Positions 8,674 to 17,600 of a stretch of 36,461 bases of DNA are shown piece after piece. The stretch comes from a virus (lineage: Duplodnaviria > Caudoviricetes), in the IMG/VR virus record IMGVR_UViG_3300046028_005651, positions 1-36,461 of that record; one strand, written 5' to 3'. The position numbers were made by a program, and so were the translations under genes. Numbering within the stretch: the first letter of the stretch is position 1; each line of letters starts with the position of its first letter. The notes beneath the pieces were generated by a model. The model saw nothing but the letters and a program-made list of their open reading frames with translations, had not been told where the DNA came from and searched no databases.

Positions 8674-11600
8674 ATGCCAGAAGAAAAAGATTATTTAGGT
8701 AAGGTGTTTGATACACTAAAAGAAACTGTAGATGGTTTTGATAAAGACGAAGCAACATTCAGAAAAGCAATGTCAGATACTTCGTATGCTTCAAAAGTTC
8801 ACAAAACTTTGTTTGAAAATATAGAGGGGTTTAATAAAACACCTGAACAGTTTTACGAAGCAAGTGGAATTGTTACCGAAAAAAAAAAGCCTTTACCGAA
8901 TACTTTTCGAGATGCTGGAATTTCTTTGGCAAAGCCTTCAACGCAAGAATCAGGGTCGAGTGGTAAAACAAAAACTGTAGAAGAATTTAATGCTAAGTAT
9001 GGCACCAACTATACTGATTTAAAAACAGGCCAAACCAAAGTTGATAATGCAGAAAAAGGAGTATTAGTTCCTTTTTCTCCTATCAAGGTAAAACAACCTA
9101 GTGGTGAGAAAGACTTTATTGCGCCTAAAGTACAATTACCAGACCTTACTAAAGCACCAATGAAACGCTATGAGAAAGCGTATAATGGCATAACAGGTAG
9201 AATTGATAACAATACTAAGGAGTTTGATAAAGTTACAGCAGAAGCAGAAAAACAAGGCAAAGAACTAGAAGGTACAGTTAACAAGTATAATAACGAATTA
9301 AAACAAGCAAGCACAGTTATCCAAAACGAGCTTAAAGCTAAGTACGAAGGGCTTTTAAAGGCAGGAAGTATAAGTGCCGAAGATGCTAATTTAAAACTTC
9401 AAGAAGAGTACAAAAAAGGTTACAGCATAGCTGAAAAACAAATAACAAGCAAATACAAACCTAGTTTAGATTCTTACACCTCGTTACTTGATAAAAGAAA
9501 AACATTAGGCAATTCAATCAAAGGCGATGTCGAAAGAGCAAAGTTATTATCTAATTCAGTAGGCATTATTGAAAGAAATGTTAATGCTCAAAATGTATCT
9601 GAATACAGTAACCTAGAGAACTTAACAGTTTCGGGCTTATCAATGTTAGGTTCTGCAATGTCGGGTTCGTTACCATTTTTTCTAAGATTTACCAATAACA
9701 ATTTAGCCGAGTATGCTGCTAAAAACAATATGCCTGAATTGGTTAAAGTTGCATTTGACAATCAAAAAAGCATAGACAAGTCAGAGTTGCTTCAAAAAAT
9801 GGAAGCGTACGCCAAGGAACAAGCTCAAAAAGGAAGTTACTACTCTAATAAGATTACAGAAAAAGAAGGCACGCTAGTTGATAATTTTAGCCAAGGCAAT
9901 TACGCCCAAGCAGGTAAAGTAGCAAGTTTAAGGTTTTTAGAAAGCATACCAATGATGGGTGCAGCAATAGGCATGACAGCACTTACAGGAGGTACAGCAA
10001 GCGCAATTATTCCGGGTGGGTTTATGTTTGGTTCACAAAACTATTACGGTGAATACGCTGATAGACCCGACATGAGCGAAACTGACAAACTAAATGCTTC
10101 GTTTGTAAAAGGTTCGTTAGAAATGATAACCGAACTAAGTGTTATGCCTTTATTATCTCCACTAAAAGGTTTAATCAAAACAGGTGGTAAAGAAGCAGTA
10201 AGAGAAGCAGTTGAAAAAACCTTATTCAGTTCAATGAAAGAAGGCTATGGTAAATTAGTTCCTTATTTTGGTTGGGTTCAAGAGGGTTTAAGTGAGTATG
10301 CAAACGAAGTAGGAAGCACTATTACTGATAAAATTTTAGACCCTAAATTCCAAGACAAAGATTGGGGACAAGTTATAAAAGAAGCTAACGTAAGAGGTTT
10401 AGAAGCATTTGGGCCAGGTGCATTTGGTGGAGTAACATTAACACTGCCCGTAGCAATTAATAACACCATTAACAAGTACCAAAACAAGAAAATGGCTAGG
10501 GAGTTTGCTTCGGAACTTGAAAAAATAGAAGCAGATATTCAAAACCCTAACTTAACAGAAGCTCAAAAAGACATTCTTATTGCTCGTAAACAAGAAATAC
10601 ACGGTAAATTAAACGAAGTATTTGATGCTGATAAACAAGAAACAGCAGGAGCAACAACAGAACAAGTTTCAGCCCTAGACGATATTAACGACCAACAAGA
10701 CGAAGTTGCAATTGCTTTACAAGACGAAACTATAAGCGATGAAAGTAAAGTAGCATTTGAAGAAAAAGCCAAGGAACTAGCCGAACAAGAAAAAGCAGTT
10801 TTAGAAGAAATAAAAGCAAACGAAATAGTAAATGAAGAAGAACCTAATACAGCCGATAATGGACTTAGTAATGACGTTGTTGAGCCTATTGTAGAACCAA
10901 GCAGCATTTCTAGTAGTGAAGTATCGGCACCTAATAACGTAGAACCAATAAGACAATTAGGTACAGGCGCAAATGTTTATTTTGAAACAGAAAAATATAG
11001 AGTAAACGATTCTAAGGACGGTGTTATTTTAAATATCCAAAATCAATCAGACGAAGTTCCTATAGCTAATATTAAATTTGATAATGCAAATGACGCAGTA
11101 GTAATAGCCAAGGAAATTGAAAGTAAATTTCCTAAGGGAGTTCCTGATGCAATTTTGGTTGAAAAATACGTTGACCAACTAAAAAAAGAATTACTTTCAC
11201 CTACCACAGAAAAACCTAAAGGTGAAACAGCCGAAACCGTTACTACAAAAGAAACTAAGACCGATGAAAGTCCAGTAAATGAGATAAAAAACGGGACAAA
11301 TGGGCTAGAATTATTTAACGAGGCAAAAACCTTTGGCATAAATAAAAGCCCCGACATTACTGACATAGTAATGAATACTGACGTTTTATTTACTACAAAT
11401 AATAAGGGGGAAAAATTACAAGAAGGAGAAGGCTCTTTGCAAGAATTGAGGGATATAATAAAAGAAAATCCTAAAAATAAAGTAAGGCTTGTGGAGGTAA
11501 GAAAAGATGGCGACATTACCGCTGTAACCATAAGAGTAGGTGGGCAAGAAACCATATATAAAGTTGACACAAAAGCAGTAGAAGAACTATTAGCTAAGGA

Positions 11601-14600
11601 ACAAACACCTAATAATAAGGAACAGGCCAAAACACCTACAAACATTAAAGAAAACCCTAATAAGGAAGAAAAAGTAGAAAATAAGGAAGAGCCAAAAAAG
11701 AAAAAACGTGTTCGTAAAAACAAGGTTATTTCAAAAATACTAGACGAGGTTACTGTTGACCCTATTGATAAAGTATTGCAATATTTTATTGGAGGGGGGA
11801 AAATAAACGGAGATAGAAAAAATACCGAAAATGCTATTCAGAAAATATTTGGCAAAAAAGGTGGTGCAAAAGATTTGGATAAAACTTACAAAAGCTATTT
11901 CAATCTAACTAGAAATAATGCTCCAACTTTAAGCGAATTGGCACATTCTTTATGGGAAGAAAATAGAGACAACAGCGACTATACAAGCCAAGACTACGAA
12001 GAGGCTATAATTGAAGTATTATCGACACACAATGGAACTAATTCCATGAAAGAAGCCTTTAATAATAAATTTCAAATAGATGTTTCTGCGGAAGAGATTG
12101 AAAGAGAAGCAGCAGACCAAGCATATATAGACGAGCAAGAGCAAAGGCTAAATGAGCAACAACAAGAACAGTTTAATGAAGAATTGATAACCCAAGAAGC
12201 TATTGACGAACCTTTGGTATTTGAACTTAACGACCAAGAAATTGAACAAGTAGAAGAACTTGGAATTACAGAAGAAACAGAAGAATTAACAGCAGAACAA
12301 TTTGAAGCCTTAGAAGCCTTATTGTTCGGAGAACCACAACCAATAAATAACAACGAAAATGGAAACGAAAAAGAAATTAAGCAAGGAGAAGATAATGTCA
12401 CTCCTAAACAAAGCGAGAGCAAAGAATCTAGCAGACAAGATGCTGAAAGAAAATCAGCCCTCGAAGCAAAAGTAAAAGAAGCTAAAAATGCTTACCAAGC
12501 AGCACAAAGCAAACTAACCAAGGCTAAACAAGCAGCCGAGAAAGCAGGACAAGAACAACAAGCAAATATATTTGGTGGCAAACCTGCCGATGCTTTATTG
12601 TTTGGGACTGATTTACGATCGTTAAATGTTAAAGTTAAAGAAAGACAAGCCGAAGCAGATAAAGCTAAAGAGAACTTAGATAAAGCGCAACTAGCATTGG
12701 ATAGTTTCGTTCCTAGCAATCAAGTTCAGTTGGAAGTAGAAGCACCTTCGGAATCTACAATAGTAAAAGACCCTATTTTAAAGCGTTTAAATAAAGCATT
12801 TTTAAAAATAGGAGCTGAAATACTTGACAACGCAGAACAGTTAGCAGCTAAAGCAAAAGAACTAGCTAGTGGTGGTGCTAAGATTGATTTTAGTATGGAA
12901 CAAGCTATAATCCAATCTGAAAATGTTAAACTAGAATACAATAGCAATGGTAAGCATTTAGCACCTAACGGTAAGCCAAGTAATTTAACAGAACAACAAG
13001 CCAAGATAGTTAGAACACCTGCATTTAAGAAATGGTTTGGAGATTGGGAGAATGACCCTAAAAATGCAAGTAAAATTGTTGATAAAAATGGTGAGCCTAT
13101 GGTTGTTTACCATGGAACAGGAAGCACTATTACTGAATTTGATAAAAACACTAGAGGTTCAAATACAGGTGCTAGTTCAGCAGAAAAAGGTTTTTTTGTA
13201 TCTGATACGAAAAGTATTGCAGAATCTTACAGAAGAGCAGTTCAGGTAGAAAACCCTAACCTAGAAGGGCTTAAAACTATTTTATCTGAATTATCGGTAG
13301 AGGAGTTAAAGCAATTTGGTAAAGGTGTAATGGGTTACGATATAAGAACATTTGAGAAAGGTGATTACACTAAAGAAGAAATAGAATACGAGTTATTTAG
13401 AGATATTGAAAACGATAGTGAAGGCTATTATGCAGACAGAAGAAAACTTATTGAAAAAGCCTCAAAATACTTAAAAGAAAACAAAATAGAGTTTTCTCCA
13501 TACCAAAATACAGGAATGCTTATAGAAGGGTTTTTAAATATTAGAAATCCTAAAAAAATTGATGCGGAAAGTCAAACTGCTTTTGATATAGACTTACCAG
13601 GTATTATAGACAATTCTGTATCTGAAAACAAAGACGGTGTTTGGGTTGAAAATGTTTACGATTCAGTTTCGTTTACCGAAAAAGGAACTGATACAGAAGA
13701 AGGTTCTATTATGGTTTTCTTCGAGCCTAATCAAATTAAATTAGCTGACGGAACAAATACTACCTTTGATAGTAAAGTAAACGATTTTAGGTACAACATT
13801 ACTTTACCTAACGGTAGCCAAAAACAAGTAAAAGCTATTGACGTAGATGTAGTAAACGGATTTTATTCACCATTAGAAAAAGTAATTAGCGAAGCTAAAC
13901 AAGATAAAATGCCTGCTAAACAATGGGCTGAAAAATTTGCTAAAGGAGAAGAAGCTAAATGGACTGGATTACAAGATTGGTTAGCACAACAACAAGGTTC
14001 TGTTTCTAAAACTGATATTCAAAACTTCCTTAAAGAAAATAGGATTGAAGTTGTTGAAGTGGTGAAGAGTGATAATGCCGATTCTTATAGCATGGATAGG
14101 TACGAAGAGTTTCCGCAAGAAGTTAAAAACATTGCGGAAGAATTTGGCGAAGACGAAGATGAATTTACTCGGCAATTAGAAGCAATAGGATATCAAGTTA
14201 ATAGAGATATGGACGGAAGTATTCTTTCTTTTAATAAAAAAGGAGAAGAGAACAAGTTTGACAAAGCCACGAAATTCTCTCAATACCAATTAGAAGGAGA
14301 AAAAGAAAACTATAAAGAGGTGTTGGTTACGATGCCTATTGCTAAATCAAAACAAGAATATGTAGTTGAACAAGATTACAGAATACCAAATACATTTTAC
14401 GCAGTTAATCAAAAAACAGGTGTAAAATTAAAGTTTGGAAGTTATGAATTAGCAAAATCACAAGCAGAACGATTAAGTAAAGAAGCTCAACCCGACTTTG
14501 ATAAACAATTCAAATCTTCACACTTTGACGAACCAAACATACTTGTTCACCTTAGAATGAATACAAGAGTAGATTCAGAAGGTAATAAAGTATTATTCCT

Positions 14601-17600
14601 TGAAGAAATACAAAGTGATTGGGGCCAACAAGGTAAAAAGTTAGGTTTTGCGACAACCAATGCAGAAAAAAGAAAAAAAGAATTACTTGCAAAAGATGAA
14701 TTAACAAAATCTGAATTAAATGAGCTTGATTCACTAAACAAAGAGTTAGGTTTTGATACTAAAACACCTGCAGCACCATTCGTAACAGACACAAACGCTT
14801 GGACTAAACTTGGCTTAAAAGTAGCTTTAAAAGAAGCAGTAAAGCAAGGAGCAACTAAAATAGCATGGACTACTGGTGAGCAACAAAACGAACGTTACGA
14901 CTTAAGTAAAAGTATTGAAGTTGTTTACGCAACAAAAGGTGATGAAAAAGGAAAATTAGGAGAATATTTTATTGAAGCAACACCAAAAGATGGTGGACCC
15001 CCTGCAATTGCAGAGTGGGTTAAGGAAGAAAAACTTGAAAGTATAATCGGGAAAGACCTTGCAGAAAAAATAATTAGCAATAACGGAGGTGAGTTTAGGG
15101 GTGATAACCTTAAAGTAGGTGGCAAAGGCATGAAAGGCTTTTACGGCTCACCAACAGAAGGTAGTTTAGGTATAGTAGGAAATGTAGCGAAGAGCTTATT
15201 CAAGCAAGAACCTAAAACAATTGGTATTGTAGTGAACTCTAATGCAAAAGTCAAAATGCCTAACGAAGAAGCTACTATTGAAAAAGTAAATAGCAGAAAC
15301 GGTTGGTTAGTGTTTAATCCGTTTGAAGGAGAAGACTATAGCTTTAACACAGAGAAAGAGGCTGACAAATACATTTCGGAACTCAAACTTAAAGAAAACG
15401 AAAAAAGTGTTTCAACCCAATATTCAATTGACATAACACCTGAATTAGCAGCAACAGTAGAACAAGGACAACCTTTATTCCACTTAAACGACAAAGGAGA
15501 AATACTTGGCTTTACTTATAACGGTAAAATATACCTTAATGGTGAAAAAATAACAGCTAAAACCACAATGGAAGAAGCTGGGCATATTTGGATTAATTGG
15601 GCCAAAGAAAACCGTTCAGATTTATACCAACAAGGCTTAGAGAAGGTACAAGGAAGCAAATATCTAATTGAAGTAAACAATAACCCTAGTTATCAAAAAG
15701 AAGCCCTTAAACAAGGAGAAAAAGGCAGTGATGCTTACAATGCTTATATGCAAGAAGAAGCACTAGCAAAAGCAATAGCTGATAATGGTGCCAAGTTTAT
15801 TTCAGAAACTAGAAAAGCAAGTTTTAGAGAGTGGGTAAATGCTATGTGGAAAGAAGTAGCAAAAGCCTTCGGAATACAAAACTTAAACCCTAGCGAAGTA
15901 AAAGCATTAACATTAGAAGAATTTGCTAGAATGGCTGCTGCAGATGTGTTTAGTAGTAAAGAAACACCTGTTCAAGAACAAGCAGTTGAAAAAGTTGAAG
16001 ATGCAAAATTAACAGATTTAGAAAACGAAGTTTGGGAGAACGTACTATCAAAAGGACAAGGCTTAGCTTTGCCTTCTAGTAAAGTGGCAAACTCGGACTA
16101 TCCTAATTTAATAGGTAACGATTTGGTTTATATTGATAGTTGGGGAAGCGGTAAAACAGTATCTTTAAAACTTACTCCTAAAGGTGAATTAGTAGCGTTA
16201 AAAGAACAACTTAAAAAAGCTAAACTAACTGATAGTAAAAGAAAAATTCAAGAGCGCATTGACGAATTAGAAGGTAACGAGCCAAAAGTACCTAAAGGAC
16301 CTAGCGATGGACTTGGAAGTACAACAGCAGCTAATACAAATAACATTACTCCAACTCAAAACGCAGAACGAGTAAGCATGAAGTTTCATTTAGAGCTTAA
16401 AAAACTAATTGAAAGTATTGGAGTGCCAATAGCAGAAAGAAACTTATCTAAACGCTTCCTAGGTATCTTTAAACATAGAGGTATGAATATTCGTGTTCAG
16501 AGTTTATTTGGTGTAGCTACTGCAGCACACGAAACAGCACACTGGGTAAGTAAAAAGTTTGGTATTGGAGAGGCTTTAAGAGAAAAATCAGCAGTAGTAG
16601 CAGCTAATCCAGATGCACAACTAAATAAAGATATTAGAAAAGCCTTGACTGATATTTACACAGAGTTTTATCCTAATGCTAAAAAAGAACATAGCCTTTA
16701 TTTAAGAGTTGAAGAAGGTATTGCAGTTTTAATGGAGCATTATTTAACCGACCCAACTGATATAACAAATCGTTATGGAATTTTAGTAGATAATTTTATT
16801 GCACCAACAGGAAAATACTATCACCCTAAATTCACTGAATTACTAGACAAGTTAAATAAGTTCCTTGCTGAATATTCGGCATTGTCGCCTAACGAAAAAA
16901 TAGGATCAAGAATAGTTAGTGGAGAAGAAGTAACTAAAAAGAACGAAGGTTTTACGCCAAAGCAAGCAGTAATTCGCGGACTTGTTAACGCAGCAGAACC
17001 ATTAAGAAGAGCTGATAACATTGCAGATGCAGGTTTAACAGAAGAATCTACAGAAGTAGCTTATATCAGGTGGTTAAGCAGGGCAGGTATTATTGCTCCT
17101 TGGATTACAGGGGAAACACACCCAATTACGTTAGATAGAAATGGTAATTGGAAAGAAGTTGGGGCTAGTGTAAAAGACTACTTAGAACTTATCAAAGGCA
17201 GAGAAGCGGAATTTAGCCAATACCTAGTAGCCAGAAGGAACCTTGGCGATGTTAACTATCTTACTGAAATGGAAAATGAGTTAGCAGAAATACTAGCTAA
17301 TATTGAAAATGAAGAGGATTTAACCAAAGAGGAAGTTGAAGAAATAAATGAACTTTCGGCTCGTATTGAGAAGCAAAAACAAATTATTAAAAACGATAAT
17401 TTTGATATTCAACAAGTAACGGCAACAGTTAGAATGTTTGAAGATAAGTTTAAAGCACCTGTAGCTATTTACGATAAATTAAATAATGCTGCAGTAGATT
17501 TTGCTCAAAAGTCAGGATTGATTAGTAGCGAAACAGCCGAGGCTTACAAGGCCAATACGACCTATACTTCGTTCAAAAGACAAATAATGGACGATATTGC

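Noticed and set aside
10832-10894. Nested 20-codon ORF MKKNLIQPIMDLVMTLLSLL in the giant gene
   Set aside because: Too short to distinguish from chance in the +1 frame.
11590-11700. Degenerate AATAAGGAA repeats
   Set aside because: Explained by a low-complexity NKE/TP protein linker; no regular spacers, so not CRISPR-like.
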